Position numbers and translations under genes: made by a program
Notes under the pieces: model-generated
What the model saw: only the letters and a program-made list of their open reading frames with translations
Database searches by the model: none
What the model was told of the DNA's origin: nothing
Shown here: positions 24,801-32,544 of the stretch, piece after piece
How the letters are laid out: the number at the start of each line of letters is the position of its first letter
Numbering within the stretch: position 1 is the first letter of the stretch
IMG/VR virus record: IMGVR_UViG_3300020045_010158
Location: 1-40,778 of that record
Origin: a virus
Lineage: Duplodnaviria; Caudoviricetes
Strand: one strand, 5' to 3'
DNA length: 40,778 bases

Positions 24801-26537
24801 GATATCATAAGCCCGGTGTATTCCTCGATGGAGAATCATCAGGAGATATTTAAAAAATCTACCCGCCAGATGGTTTATAATTCTGTCGGAAAGATTGCAG
24901 ATAAGTTTCCAGACCTGTTCCAAAAAGTCCCGCTAAAGTCTTTCCAAGAGGAAGATGGTAAAATTGTTTATCCTCAAGATAAAGATCCAAATATTATGAT
25001 GGCTTTTGAGGATGGCAAGCGTGTTCCTTATCTTGTTAATAAAGATCTTAAATCAATGCTGGATAATATGCTAACCCCGGCGAATGTCCACATTGTTGAA
25101 AAGATATTTGTTTCATTTTCTCAAAACTTTACCAAAGGGACAACTGGGTTTTATTTTCCTTTTGCTGCCACAAACTTTGTTATTGACCAACTATCTGCTG
25201 CGGCAAACAGTTGGACAAAGTTTATCCCGATTTATACGCCTGTATCTAATCTCGTTAAGGTATTGTCTGAGCGAAATTCTGTTGATGCAAAATATGCTAT
25301 GGAATACTTTATGCTTGGCGGAGAACGGCAGGCATACTTATCTTTTGCGGACTTAAATCCAAAAGAAGCTTATGATTTTATGAAGAGTGAGAAGTCTGCG
25401 ATTGAGCGGGCGCTTGATATTCTTAACACAACAGGTGATGTGTTATCAATACCAGTTAAGTCAACGGAGCTGATGACTAGGATGAGTGAGTTTGTCCGGG
25501 CAAGAAAAGCAGGGCATTCTCAGTTAGCGGCTCTGGAGTTAGCTGGGCGGGTGTCAACGCCATTCCACCACCGCGGAAAAAGAGACTTCTATCGTGGTCT
25601 TGCTAGGTCAATCCCATACTTTAACGCAAGTATGCAGGTTCTGGCGCAAGAAGCACGGTCACTTAGAAGCCCAGTTACGCAGAAAAGAGCTTTGTTTGTT
25701 ATGAGCGTTGTGTCTGGTGTAATGGTTGCGGCTATTGTATCATCACTGTTCTGGAAAGATAGGCAGAGGGAAGCTTTGCGTGGGATGTCGGTTGACAAAC
25801 TTGCCAGGCACATCTTTCTTCCACATCCAAACGGAGAGGATTTAATCAAGATACGCGTTCCTCAAGAAAAAGGATTGTTTGCCACCATTATAAATATGGC
25901 TTTCTTGGACGCTACACTAAACACTGAGTATTCAATATATGAGTATCTGCGCGGGGCAACTGCCGGGATCCCAGACCAATTAAACCCCACAAACCTATCA
26001 AGAATGATGGTGTCTTGGATGCCGCATATTGTCGCTCCAGCTTTCCAGATAAATGTGAATAAGAGGTTTTACCCGGAGTTGCGTGACCTTGAGCCGGATT
26101 ATATGAAGTATTTGCCTAAGAATCAGCGTATTTTTGAATCAACATCGTCTGTGGCGCGCTGGCTTGGTCCAGCAATAGGTTTGTCCCCAATTCAGTTTGA
26201 CTTTTTAATCGAAGGCTATATTGGGCGATCTTCCAGGTATTTTATTGGCAAAGAAATAACAAACCCGTTTATTGAGAGGATGTATTTGACCTCTAGCCGA
26301 CAGCTTATCGGATTCTATGCAGAGCGCCAGAAGAATAGTGAAGAATACCAGCAGTTAGATAAAAGAACGCGCCCATTCACACAACAGGAAGCGCTTAAGA
26401 TTAGGAGCAACCACACAAGGATTAAGAATATTGAAGATCTAATGGACAAATACCGTGATGCTTATAAGAATGATAAAAACTCAGAAAATACAAAGCTTCT
26501 AAGAACGCGCATTTTAGATGAGGTTGATGCACTATAA
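18813..26537 (+). CDS. Giant polyvalent internal virion protein: GH108 muramidase with PG-binding domain, Gly/Ala-rich region, HTH plus PD-(D/E)XK nuclease insert, two HExxH motifs, LPD38-like C-terminus
   Basis: EGGY...GGPTNFGVTQ, FDYGFNSG, LQKQLGVKQDGIMGPQT, GWKNR; YVPDLIV...EEIKP; FIHESAH and VHEVTH; IPYFNASMQ and IKIRVPQE. Confidence 0.8.
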   Translation: MAPKEAVNEEVFTTEELSQLTQSEKRFQQAVSFTFRQDIEGGYTVDNGGPTNFGVTQSTLDSYTKSNKLPPLDVKKIPQGLAFKIAKEEYFDKAKLGQLPDGLAVAMFDYGFNSGTGTAVKALQKQLGVKQDGIMGPQTLDAVYEYSTKNGEEDLIKKVITDREELMKSLIKDDPKQFKKNENGWKNRIQKLKDTLNISSLNPFAVTEAHAAEAPSQEDTFTTEELFGNTKPEEDTFTTEELFGDNRKQEIFTTDELANLKEDKASLIDNYIRGLKTSVEQIPAMAQGAVGLVADSVDKLFGGDEDSVAKKVRDWGIRGYNASIEKTKNTAKENDDVVVAWNKAKDGDINAMFDFLSYGYGYGTGMFLDSAAKAAIGAAVGTATLSPGIGTVTGAVAGVASKGFLRKAISNIVKKEADDLIFKSAGKISSFEAQKMSVRGLAANIGGTLAATANSMTIEGGSIYGEAVANKGELNGADLARVWASAVAAGGMDAASSILGLGAITGRIKIPGAGGRLSRAAVGGTVGAVAEAGTEGVQTGIERFGAQKSVFDEEGKREMINAAAMGALPGGAVGGIAGGLQGGKKSPVIADAEKAGRVIGIDAQTKLPIIDTTQKPEVKAEEAVVEEKKLTGQFTENELKDIKELSDWEFAQADGGRWSFINDEGQTQFSGNPSGHSETMQEIGPKKSFAILNKALSGEKLTPSEVDKARLLIGDFRSNIKPYIDNITRGIEDVKTELSESEAAEVIGAFETEEKIDVDWEEEGGSVRGVEGSEQTEVSQIKDSNDVYSDIKSKLIAQGYEEDEADANALLWKNRAERAAKQQGISVAQWYGKTKHTLESSEEAPSADALTQSAEGSKIGDYIGYQEPGGRYMSGRITNIVGNQATVYNAKERKSYKLLLSLSHKIGDGGKLFQSQPQADTFYSQVEKVIDEKMPNAATPEMIRGILSEKNGIKAEEYKWMGVDDFLAGKQKVTKKELQDFVAQNQVQVEKDENNYSYSDKTKHSVIRAYERGMPSTEISEQSGIGETTILRWIKAEGKSRTSQETKGVTEDIKKQISDLYSQGNSVSSVAERLGVGTSTVHRELTKKGISRSLEDVNSYEPDIRNKAKELYMSGQNTYEVSDALGLGQNTVAKWMNKEGVSRGASGAQALRVALGRNTNYGIRTNYDRVRAESSYELARIAQLKSMSDIKDITRATDRISYNDGKNNYVPDLIVNTKDGRTIVEEIKPLNKILDEKVLKKAQAAKEFYADKGIEYRLISESDIGYSGFDESIIDKTDMVDADKERARKSFKSAKYYLSKLYDITPSMKKSVMEGQPLFQGGKEPRGWVELSPGEQKRVILTAIRDASTFIHESAHIWLQDMFDFYSKNPSTKEWQSLKSWLNISDEQKVLTRDQHEKFARGFEAYLREGRAPSLDLKAVFEKFKNWLEQIYKSMIELDVELSDDVRGVMDRMFAEESENITPSGQIRPELRAPIKTELFQEKGELFEDLESRSPRTPKGTQASGGVSGAIDSFEPAGNTEAKQAAFKLSERVVALVKEFAGRFGEDYNPSGTEGVFYSGTENIFVKAKNDVAVAVHEVTHYLDKKIGFTPKVTVVKGYAKDGKPIYDPSTKSIRKELTDIYIRYYPGGKKDHALKKRVQEGVAVFFERMVTNPQKTMKEYPGIYKDFMQQSGRYFDSNMPVFVSKGRKIVEDYQRLSDLDKIAARVVDAPVLPSEPFLNAKEAAIYYHIDDKYPLEKLAKEAGVHFKADDPSLIARIYDHVPMIIQHNISDAPFLGIGKFSFGKETYLTMVGNGEIKVKYDYNWHALVNTVGKSIDDFNAWLVARRVVANYKKLDELKIEAERAAQALKDDAAAKARAAQEGDFDPEELQGGLTPQEIRELKNKIREYKEQQTLVRNDAFDRGVAQRAYDQHKDRFKESAQMFDNLVKADAELLNAAGIISDKKLREFVNEEGYATFKRQIENEIIGSGSDLKSKTVKVGRNKVSSLFKYGGSGKDIISPVYSSMENHQEIFKKSTRQMVYNSVGKIADKFPDLFQKVPLKSFQEEDGKIVYPQDKDPNIMMAFEDGKRVPYLVNKDLKSMLDNMLTPANVHIVEKIFVSFSQNFTKGTTGFYFPFAATNFVIDQLSAAANSWTKFIPIYTPVSNLVKVLSERNSVDAKYAMEYFMLGGERQAYLSFADLNPKEAYDFMKSEKSAIERALDILNTTGDVLSIPVKSTELMTRMSEFVRARKAGHSQLAALELAGRVSTPFHHRGKRDFYRGLARSIPYFNASMQVLAQEARSLRSPVTQKRALFVMSVVSGVMVAAIVSSLFWKDRQREALRGMSVDKLARHIFLPHPNGEDLIKIRVPQEKGLFATIINMAFLDATLNTEYSIYEYLRGATAGIPDQLNPTNLSRMMVSWMPHIVAPAFQINVNKRFYPELRDLEPDYMKYLPKNQRIFESTSSVARWLGPAIGLSPIQFDFLIEGYIGRSSRYFIGKEITNPFIERMYLTSSRQLIGFYAERQKNSEEYQQLDKRTRPFTQQEALKIRSNHTRIKNIEDLMDKYRDAYKNDKNSENTKLLRTRILDEVDAL

Positions 26538-26660
26538 GATCTTATCGTAAAGACAGTCTTCACAATAAAGCCCGTCTTCATCACAAACAATATCGTGCAT
26601 TTTAAAAAGACAGCTAAGAAGTCCGAATACTTTTCTAATCTTCATCAATGCGTTTTTCAT
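26532..26660 (-). CDS. Small Cys/His protein (42 aa)
   Basis: Manual translation MKNALMKIRKVFGLLSCLFKMHDIVCDEDGLYCEDCLYDKIL; C-x4-H...CxxC. Confidence 0.45.
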   Translation of the reverse strand: MKNALMKIRKVFGLLSCLFKMHDIVCDEDGLYCEDCLYDKIL

Positions 26661-26769
26661 ACTCATCAACCTTCCTCCCGGCTCGGTCAACCTCGATACA
26701 TATTCCCATTGTGATTATAAATATGCAGGAAAATACTATTAACTTCCACAAAAGTATTCCGTCAAACAT
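26635..26769 (-). CDS. Small membrane protein (44 aa)
   Basis: Manual translation MFDGILLWKLIVFSCIFIITMGICIEVDRAGRKVDEYEKRIDED; overlaps the MTase stop. Confidence 0.5.
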   Translation of the reverse strand: MFDGILLWKLIVFSCIFIITMGICIEVDRAGRKVDEYEKRIDED

Positions 26770-27163
26770 TCTTAGATCCTCTAAATATTACTATTGCACT
26801 TGGAAAAGGCGCGCTGTTTTTCGCTCCGCCAAATTTTAACCGACCTTTAATAAATTCAATTTCATCCGCTTTCATACAGTAATCGTGCCATGCTTTCGTG
26901 TCCGTCCGGCTTGGAATAAGCATAACAACAAGTTTCCCTTTAAGGCTTTCTTCGTATGCTTTCTTGCACCATGCCCGTAGTTGACTATAAGGCGGATTGA
27001 CAAAATTCCTTTCTCCCCAATAAATATTTAACCCGTCGATACCCCCCCCAAGAGGGCACGGGTCGAAATTAAAATTAAACCGCGCGTTAAGATCATCGTA
27101 AACTTCCTTTGGCGTTGACCAATGATCGCTCGCACTTGAGAATAGAATCTTGTTAAAAGTCAT
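26762..27163 (-). CDS. Phage DNA N6-adenine methyltransferase (Dam-like)
   Basis: DHWSTP, FDPC, FVNPPYS, VMLIPSRTDT, FIKGRLKF and APFPS motifs; start placed at ATG 27163. Confidence 0.9.
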   Translation of the reverse strand: MTFNKILFSSASDHWSTPKEVYDDLNARFNFNFDPCPLGGGIDGLNIYWGERNFVNPPYSQLRAWCKKAYEESLKGKLVVMLIPSRTDTKAWHDYCMKADEIEFIKGRLKFGGAKNSAPFPSAIVIFRGSKNV

Positions 27164-27303
27164 TTCATCCCCCATAAAACCGCTACATTTAACAACCCTG
27201 CACTTATCCAGTATAGTGCCCAAGGATATTTATGTTCAAGCATAGCAGTTATGCCAATGATTAAGTATGCGACAATTAGAATGACGACTAGCTTCTCGGT
27301 CAT
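27160..27303 (-). CDS. Small two-TM membrane protein (47 aa)
   Basis: Manual translation MTEKLVVILIVAYLIIGITAMLEHKYPWALYWISAGLLNVAVLWGMK; ATGA overlaps at both ends; RBS AAGGAG. Confidence 0.6.
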   Translation of the reverse strand: MTEKLVVILIVAYLIIGITAMLEHKYPWALYWISAGLLNVAVLWGMK

Positions 27304-27569
27304 TTACTCTCCTTTGTGTTTATGGCTCTATCTCCCATTTGACCGGATAGGCGGATAGTCTGCATAATAGCTTGTAAAATATTATTCATATTTAATATAC
27401 TTAATTCGACGGGCTTGCCAGGATTCAAATTTAACTTAACCAACGCCTCAACCAACTTTTTTTCTCTTTCGATGATGAAGTCGGCTATATATTGGCACTG
27501 CTTATCATTTACACCATTTAAGTTATTATCTCGGTATAATTCTTTAACCAACCGTTCACGATGGGTCAT
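27300..27569 (-). CDS. Hypothetical protein
   Basis: RBS GGGGAG; tight packing in the early operon. Confidence 0.55.
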   Translation of the reverse strand: MTHRERLVKELYRDNNLNGVNDKQCQYIADFIIEREKKLVEALVKLNLNPGKPVELSILNMNNILQAIMQTIRLSGQMGDRAINTKESK

Positions 27570-27714
27570 TTTTTAACTCCCCTTCCTCAATAATATAGAC
27601 TTTCCCATTAAGAATCTTTGCTTTGATATAATAATTCCCGTCAACACAAGTAATTTTCTTTTTACAGAAAAACAGTCTAATGCTTGTCCACCACGACCAA
27701 CCATTTTTTATCAT
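27556..27714 (-). CDS. Hypothetical protein (52 aa)
   Basis: Manual translation MIKNGWSWWTSIRLFFCKKKITCVDGNYYIKAKILNGKVYIIEEGELKNDPS; ATGA overlap with the Lar-like gene. Confidence 0.5.
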   Translation of the reverse strand: MIKNGWSWWTSIRLFFCKKKITCVDGNYYIKAKILNGKVYIIEEGELKNDPS

Positions 27715-28013
27715 CTCCCAAACCTCTCGCAGATGGCTTTTGCAGTTTTATGGGCAACTTCTTCATGCGAGAATCCATAAGCATCAAAATTTATATCCAT
27801 AATTAGTTCAGCCAACTTATCTGAATCCAACGCCTCAAGCGAAGGCACGCTGGCTTGGGAGCGGGTGTTCCAGGCTGTTTTTAAATCTGGCACATACTTA
27901 TTACTCATCACAATTCTACAACTTTCACATCGTATCTCTATGCTAATCATATTGCTTAAGCAAAAAACTACGGATTTACCGCCACAAAACGGACACGGTT
28001 TCAGTTCGTCCAT
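27711..28013 (-). CDS. Lar-family restriction alleviation protein
   Basis: ELKPCPFCGG...IRCESC...AWNTR signature. Confidence 0.8.
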   Translation of the reverse strand: MDELKPCPFCGGKSVVFCLSNMISIEIRCESCRIVMSNKYVPDLKTAWNTRSQASVPSLEALDSDKLAELIMDINFDAYGFSHEEVAHKTAKAICERFGR

Positions 28014-28034
28014 TTCAGCTCCCTTCTGTCCTTA

Positions 28035-28245
28035 AGCAGGACGGGTTAGTTGATTTTCCAACTCTCACAAGGAACTAATGTTCCGCAGTCAATACAGACA
28101 AGATACTTTCTTGAGAATATCCAGAATTTAGGATAGACAAACCACCCATTCTTATGTGGGCATTGCGTAAAATTAGTTGCTGTGCCTGTTGTGTTCATTC
28201 CCCCCCCCCAATAACCCCATCCGTAGCAGGACGGGTTAGTTGATT
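28035..28245. repeat. 21-bp exact direct repeat AGCAGGACGGGTTAGTTGATT
   Basis: Copies at 28035-28055 and 28225-28245. Confidence 0.9.
28046..28198 (-). CDS. Small Zn-binding protein (50 aa) between the 21-bp repeats
   Basis: Manual translation MNTTGTATNFTQCPHKNGWFVYPKFWIFSRKYLVCIDCGTLVPCESWKIN; CxH...CxxC. Confidence 0.55.
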   Translation of the reverse strand: MNTTGTATNFTQCPHKNGWFVYPKFWIFSRKYLVCIDCGTLVPCESWKIN

Positions 28246-28307
28246 ATGTTGCCCGAGCCAGTTCGTTAAGCTGGATGCGCAGTGCATGTATTAACCTAGG
28301 TGCTGCT

Positions 28308-28562
28308 TTACTTTAAGCTACTCGGACGAATATTTCCCACCCCCAATAACCTAGCGTTGACTTCTTCAATCTTACGGTAAATTGTTTCTAGGGCTAATAA
28401 CTTATCAGATATCTTTGGAGATTTTTCGCATTCAGATAATAACAAACTATCAAATTTGTCAGGGTTAAATTTAACAAAGTCGCTAACGGTTAAATAAAAA
28501 GTAAAAGTCTTGTTCCCCTCAATATCTTCTGTGAATAAATATCCAGATTTCTTCATATACAT
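28308..28562 (-). CDS. Hypothetical protein
   Basis: ORF with AAAGGA upstream of the second Met; most of it lies between 18-bp repeats. Confidence 0.5.
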   Translation of the reverse strand: MYMKKSGYLFTEDIEGNKTFTFYLTVSDFVKFNPDKFDSLLLSECEKSPKISDKLLALETIYRKIEEVNARLLGVGNIRPSSLK

Positions 28563-28587
28563 TCCTTTGACCTAGCGTTGACTTCTT
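28349..28587. repeat. 18-bp exact direct repeat ACCTAGCGTTGACTTCTT
   Basis: Copies at 28349-28366 and 28570-28587. Confidence 0.9.
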
Positions 28588-28604
28588 GACGGGTCATTTC
28601 CCCT

Positions 28605-28733
28605 CTAATTCTTAACTGCTGCCCCTATAATAAATAAAACAAATCCAGCGTAATACTGCACCTCAGACTTAAAGACGAATGAGCAGGCTATCATTAAAGC
28701 ACCATATCCAATTAGCATCTTCTTATTTAACAT
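28605..28733 (-). CDS. Small two-TM membrane protein (42 aa)
   Basis: Manual translation MLNKKMLIGYGALMIACSFVFKSEVQYYAGFVLFIIGAAVKN; RBS GGGGAG. Confidence 0.55.
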   Translation of the reverse strand: MLNKKMLIGYGALMIACSFVFKSEVQYYAGFVLFIIGAAVKN

Positions 28734-28745
28734 GTCTCCCCTTTC

Positions 28746-28886
28746 TTAACACTCAATACTTTCAATTTCTTCACTCAACGCTTTTATTTTTAACTCTAAA
28801 TCGCTTATCCTATTCTCCGCCTCACATAACGGACAAACCTTCCCTTCAAATACAATTTCATCGTGTTTGTAGTCGCAGATTGTCAT
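28746..28886 (-). CDS. Small Zn-finger plus coiled-coil protein (46 aa)
   Basis: Manual translation MTICDYKHDEIVFEGKVCPLCEAENRISDLELKIKALSEEIESIEC. Confidence 0.55.
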   Translation of the reverse strand: MTICDYKHDEIVFEGKVCPLCEAENRISDLELKIKALSEEIESIEC

Positions 28887-28909
28887 TTCCTATCCTTCCC
28901 TGTAATTAG

Positions 28910-29146
28910 TTATATTATCCCCTGCTCACCTTGATCCCAAAGAATTATCCCCATATTCCAGATAGCAAATTGTTCTCGTTTAGATTTCCTGACTTTTTCT
29001 TTCTTATCTTCCCTGCTTAAATTCTTAAACACACTGATGCGGCACGCGGAGCAGCAATATTTTCTTTTATGTTGTCCGGTCATTATTTTAAACTTAATTG
29101 CGCAGTCCGGGTTCTGACAAATTAAACTAAAAAGTGCGTTTGCCAT
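28910..29146 (-). CDS. Zn-finger protein
   Basis: CQNPDC...RKYCCSACR motif. Confidence 0.6.
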   Translation of the reverse strand: MANALFSLICQNPDCAIKFKIMTGQHKRKYCCSACRISVFKNLSREDKKEKVRKSKREQFAIWNMGIILWDQGEQGII

Positions 29147-29330
29147 TTTTCTTACCTATGATGAGATATACATGGGTTAGAGATGAAAATCTTTTAGATC
29201 TCCTCAAAAGAATGTGAGCGTTAAATCTTTTTTTAGACCTTTGGGGATTCTTGTTTCTTTCGTGGATGAAATACTTTTGTATAATTATTGCTGTGCTGTG
29301 AGAGCATTGGAGTAATTTTATGCGTATCAT
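29127..29330 (-). CDS. Basic hypothetical protein
   Basis: RBS AAGGAG; fills the gap in the operon. Confidence 0.45.
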   Translation of the reverse strand: MIRIKLLQCSHSTAIIIQKYFIHERNKNPQRSKKRFNAHILLRRSKRFSSLTHVYLIIGKKNGKRTF

Positions 29331-29338
29331 AGCGCTCC

Positions 29339-29722
29339 TTAACTAATTGTCTTAATTGCTTTAATATCAAATAGCAGCCGGACAACATTATCCGTGCTTT
29401 CAGCAAGCACATAATAGTGACCGGGGAGTTTTATGATCGTCGCTTCAAACGCTTCTTGAGCTGTTCTTTGCTGGCTATTTTCGTCGCGCTTCCCTTCAAT
29501 CCAGACATTGAAGCCATTATTAAGCACCGCCAAAATATCCGGCGTCCCTGTCGGGCAAAGCTTAACGCGATAGCGCCGTAATGCTCCGGCTTTGTTGATA
29601 TACGCTGCCGGCAATGATCCGCTTTGCAATCGCATATATTTGACAACTATCCCGCGATTCTCCAAGACTTGCAGATACTCCATAATCCCGCGCAGCACAT
29701 CACCTTCTTTTCGTTTACGCAT
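29339..29722 (-). CDS. VRR-NUC-like PD-(D/E)XK nuclease (possible junction resolvase)
   Basis: GTPDIL...WIEGK...Q..F motif; start placed at MRKRKE. Confidence 0.75.
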   Translation of the reverse strand: MRKRKEGDVLRGIMEYLQVLENRGIVVKYMRLQSGSLPAAYINKAGALRRYRVKLCPTGTPDILAVLNNGFNVWIEGKRDENSQQRTAQEAFEATIIKLPGHYYVLAESTDNVVRLLFDIKAIKTIS

Positions 29723-30008
29723 TTTGCAAATACCTTTCTTTTGTTGTGGAAAGCCTGACAGTTTTCCCTGTGTGCTGGCAAGTAATCTTCCCACATTCAA
29801 CGAGTATACCTTCTTGCTTCATCCGGGTTATCTCTGGGCGGATATTATTAACATCGACTTCCCCAAGGATATTCATAATTTCTCTATCTGTGAGTGGCGT
29901 ATCGTGGCGGGACAGCACGCCAAGGATTTTAATTCTAAATGACCTAGCCTTCCCTGATGATTTATGCTCATCGTAAGATTCGACGCTGTTTTGATGGATT
30001 GATTTCAT
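29715..30008 (-). CDS. Winged-helix DNA-binding protein
   Basis: IL.VL...PLTDREI...NNIRPEITRMKQEGILVECG pattern. Confidence 0.7.
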   Translation of the reverse strand: MKSIHQNSVESYDEHKSSGKARSFRIKILGVLSRHDTPLTDREIMNILGEVDVNNIRPEITRMKQEGILVECGKITCQHTGKTVRLSTTKERYLQNA

Positions 30009-30229
30009 TCTCTAATCCTCCGCATATCAGTATAAATATCTCTTAAGTTATCTATGAATTTAATACTAGAATGATACGAACGCACCCTGCATTTACAAAT
30101 AGCATTCTCTGGAAGGCCTCTGGTAATAATGTGAACCAATGTCTGATCATCTAATTTAGTCTTCTTTTTACAATATCCACAAATATAGATTCCCTCATAT
30201 TTGTGATCTTTTTTTTGTTTTTTTATCAT
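30005..30229 (-). CDS. Small Cys-containing hypothetical protein
   Basis: CGYC...CKC; ATGA overlaps on both sides. Confidence 0.55.
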   Translation of the reverse strand: MIKKQKKDHKYEGIYICGYCKKKTKLDDQTLVHIITRGLPENAICKCRVRSYHSSIKFIDNLRDIYTDMRRIRE

Positions 30230-31101
30230 TTATCATCCCCCCAAACTTCTTTAACCTCTGCGTCTGTCAACATCTTTGGCTGTTCTGTTTTTTGTTCTGG
30301 CTCATCATAAGATGTCGTGACTGGAAGATCCATTGCCTCTGTTATCCCGGATCGAAAATCTCGGCTTGTCTCGTCAATAGCAATCGCGCGCTGCAACTCA
30401 ATAGATAGCGGCAGTAGTTTTGCTAATTGAAGAAGGACTGTTTTCTGGCACATAGCGTCTTCTTCCCTTGCCCAAGGAGAGTCTTGGTAAAAAGCTTTGT
30501 TAGTTTTATCATAAGTTTTGCTGTGCTTTTGACCGTGTTCAAGGCACTCCTCTTTGGACATAAATCTGAAGATTGAAGCCCCGCCACGAAGCCTGGCGAT
30601 TGCGTAATACCCAACAGCTGGTCCGCGGTCACGCAAAGCTGGGCGGTGTTTGATATGCGCCATTGTTCCGTATTCATAAGAAAATTCATCATTGGCATAT
30701 ACAGTTTGCATATCAATGGCAAGGGCTGCCTCATGCCGATAAAACAGCTCAACATAGCCCTTATACCCAATAACGGCTTGGACTTCTGGAATTGTCTTCC
30801 ATTCATTCCCAATCTTTCTTTTATTGTTGAAAGGTATTAAATACGCGCGCCCGGCGATGGGTTCAAGCCCAAGCTGAGCTAAAACAAATAATGAACCCAT
30901 AAATGAAGCTGGTGTGCAGGTGGCAAGCTTTGGGTTTGTTGAGATTGCGGTCAACGCAATCCGAACAACTCGCTCAGGCGTCATGTGCGCCGGCAAGGCC
31001 TTCCCGATTTCTTTAACAGAGTTCTGGATAACATCTCTTAAGTCTTTCGGACTGTCTTTTGTAGCAACTGCTTTTGATATTGCCCCGGTGTCAACTGCCA
31101 T
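30226..31101 (-). CDS. recT: RecT-family single-strand annealing recombinase
   Basis: ALPAHMTPER, NPKLATCTPASF, LGLEP...AYLIPF, IGYKGY, VYANDEF, SPW...M.QKTV. Confidence 0.93.
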   Translation of the reverse strand: MAVDTGAISKAVATKDSPKDLRDVIQNSVKEIGKALPAHMTPERVVRIALTAISTNPKLATCTPASFMGSLFVLAQLGLEPIAGRAYLIPFNNKRKIGNEWKTIPEVQAVIGYKGYVELFYRHEAALAIDMQTVYANDEFSYEYGTMAHIKHRPALRDRGPAVGYYAIARLRGGASIFRFMSKEECLEHGQKHSKTYDKTNKAFYQDSPWAREEDAMCQKTVLLQLAKLLPLSIELQRAIAIDETSRDFRSGITEAMDLPVTTSYDEPEQKTEQPKMLTDAEVKEVWGDDK

Positions 31102-31102
31102 A

Positions 31103-32005
31103 TCATGCCTCCTGTTTTATTTTGTTATGTCGCAATACTCTAGTTTCTGTTGTCCTTAAAAACTCTTTATAAATATCTTCTCGCTCTTTTTTTAGCTTTT
31201 CAGTGTCCAGACGATTGGTTTTTTGGTTCTTCCAAGTTATGCGGTATGTTTCTGTCCTCCCGGACTCGGCATCTCCAAGAAGAGCCTTAAGCTCGTTTTT
31301 CATTTTATCAATATCTGTCTCTAATAATCGCTTTTCTGTCTCAGCCGCTTCTAAATGCTCCAAAATCTGATTAACACTGTCATCTAAGATGATATCTTGG
31401 TTTGGATCTGCGATTGGGAACAGCTGGTAAAGCGTTTCTCCATCATTCTTTGCTATTTCCATTGGCATAACTTGAGTGGCGACAAACTCGTTCCAAAATA
31501 AAACTTCTTTACGAATAATGTCATTGATAAGCTTTTCATCCCGGACAATTTCTTTCCAGACAAACTCTTCATTCCCAATTAACACAGCAATATATCCCTT
31601 CTGCGCTCCGGTCACAGCTAAATAATGCAAGACTTGGATAATATATTCTTGGGGGATATCCTCGCCTTTCCACTCAGCAGCCTTCCATGCGCTTGCTGTT
31701 TTGCATTCTAGGATTGCATCTTCTCCAACAACATCCCTGTCAATATTCGCGCCAATAAAAGGATAATCTGGATGAAACAATGTCTTATTCACCCGACGGA
31801 CCTTTTTGCCAGTAGCTTCTGTAAACATTTCCGCAACTGTTTCCTCAAGCTTATTGCCAAGTTTAACATTAACGCGTTTTGATATGTCTTCTGGCAATAC
31901 GCGCCCAGTCTTTATTGCCCATATTTTTAATTGCGAGTCCCACCGGGATAGCCCCAGCACCCCAGATGCGTCTGATCCACCGATATATTTAATTCTGTCG
32001 TCCAT
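31103..32005 (-). CDS. YqaJ-like viral recombination exonuclease
   Basis: IGGSDAS.VLGLS.W, GNKLE, HPDYPFIGANIDR, ILECKT, QVLHYLAVTG. Confidence 0.92.
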   Translation of the reverse strand: MDDRIKYIGGSDASGVLGLSRWDSQLKIWAIKTGRVLPEDISKRVNVKLGNKLEETVAEMFTEATGKKVRRVNKTLFHPDYPFIGANIDRDVVGEDAILECKTASAWKAAEWKGEDIPQEYIIQVLHYLAVTGAQKGYIAVLIGNEEFVWKEIVRDEKLINDIIRKEVLFWNEFVATQVMPMEIAKNDGETLYQLFPIADPNQDIILDDSVNQILEHLEAAETEKRLLETDIDKMKNELKALLGDAESGRTETYRITWKNQKTNRLDTEKLKKEREDIYKEFLRTTETRVLRHNKIKQEA

Positions 32006-32228
32006 TATTATCCTCCTGAATAACATCAGAAAACATCAAAGGTTTATCCGGCGTAACAATTTTCATTGGCAATATTGTCACTTTGTGGTATGCGTCATTA
32101 AATTTTACAATAAATGCGTGAGCGCCATCGTTGTTATAATTCGGATTTTCGATATTGATGCAGCGTGCGTCAACGGATTTTAAAAAACTTTTAATAATTT
32201 TCATCAAATAAAAAGAGTAATGCATCAT
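31989..32228 (-). CDS. Hypothetical protein
   Basis: RBS GAGGAGG; operon packing. Confidence 0.5.
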   Translation of the reverse strand: MMHYSFYLMKIIKSFLKSVDARCINIENPNYNNDGAHAFIVKFNDAYHKVTILPMKIVTPDKPLMFSDVIQEDNNGRQN

Positions 32229-32359
32229 AACCCCTCCTCGTCATCGTCGTCACACTGGCATCTGTTGTCACAGCCGCAAGGTAGCGCTTCTGGCAAATCT
32301 TCTTCCCTGCCACGCGCATCAACTAGATGATTCCCTGACCCTGGCAGTTTCGGTATCAT
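32225..32359 (-). CDS. Small acidic Cys-rich protein (44 aa)
   Basis: Manual translation MIPKLPGSGNHLVDARGREEDLPEALPCGCDNRCQCDDDDEEGL; RBS GAGGTG; ATGA overlaps. Confidence 0.5.
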   Translation of the reverse strand: MIPKLPGSGNHLVDARGREEDLPEALPCGCDNRCQCDDDDEEGL

Positions 32360-32523
32360 AATTTCACCTCAAAGAATTTAGTGTTTTCTAATTTCTCTTT
32401 GATCGCTGACCGAATAAACTCCCCAGCGCTCATCCGGATACCGGCACTCCGCTTGAAAACCTGCTTCTTAAGTTTCTCAGGAATGCGGACAAACAATCTG
32501 TCGTTGCAAATTTCTTTTTTCAT
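32356..32523 (-). CDS. Ribbon-helix-helix (Arc/CopG-like) regulator (55 aa)
   Basis: Manual translation ...RLFVRIPEKLKKQV...MSAGEFIRSAIKEKL; RBS AAGGGAG. Confidence 0.75.
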   Translation of the reverse strand: MKKEICNDRLFVRIPEKLKKQVFKRSAGIRMSAGEFIRSAIKEKLENTKFFEVKL

Positions 32524-32544
32524 TAACTCCCTTTCTTTTGTGCG

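Noticed and set aside
28035-28587. CRISPR array or att sites
   Set aside because: Each repeat has only two copies, about 190-220 bp apart and enclosing ORFs; no cas or integrase gene is visible
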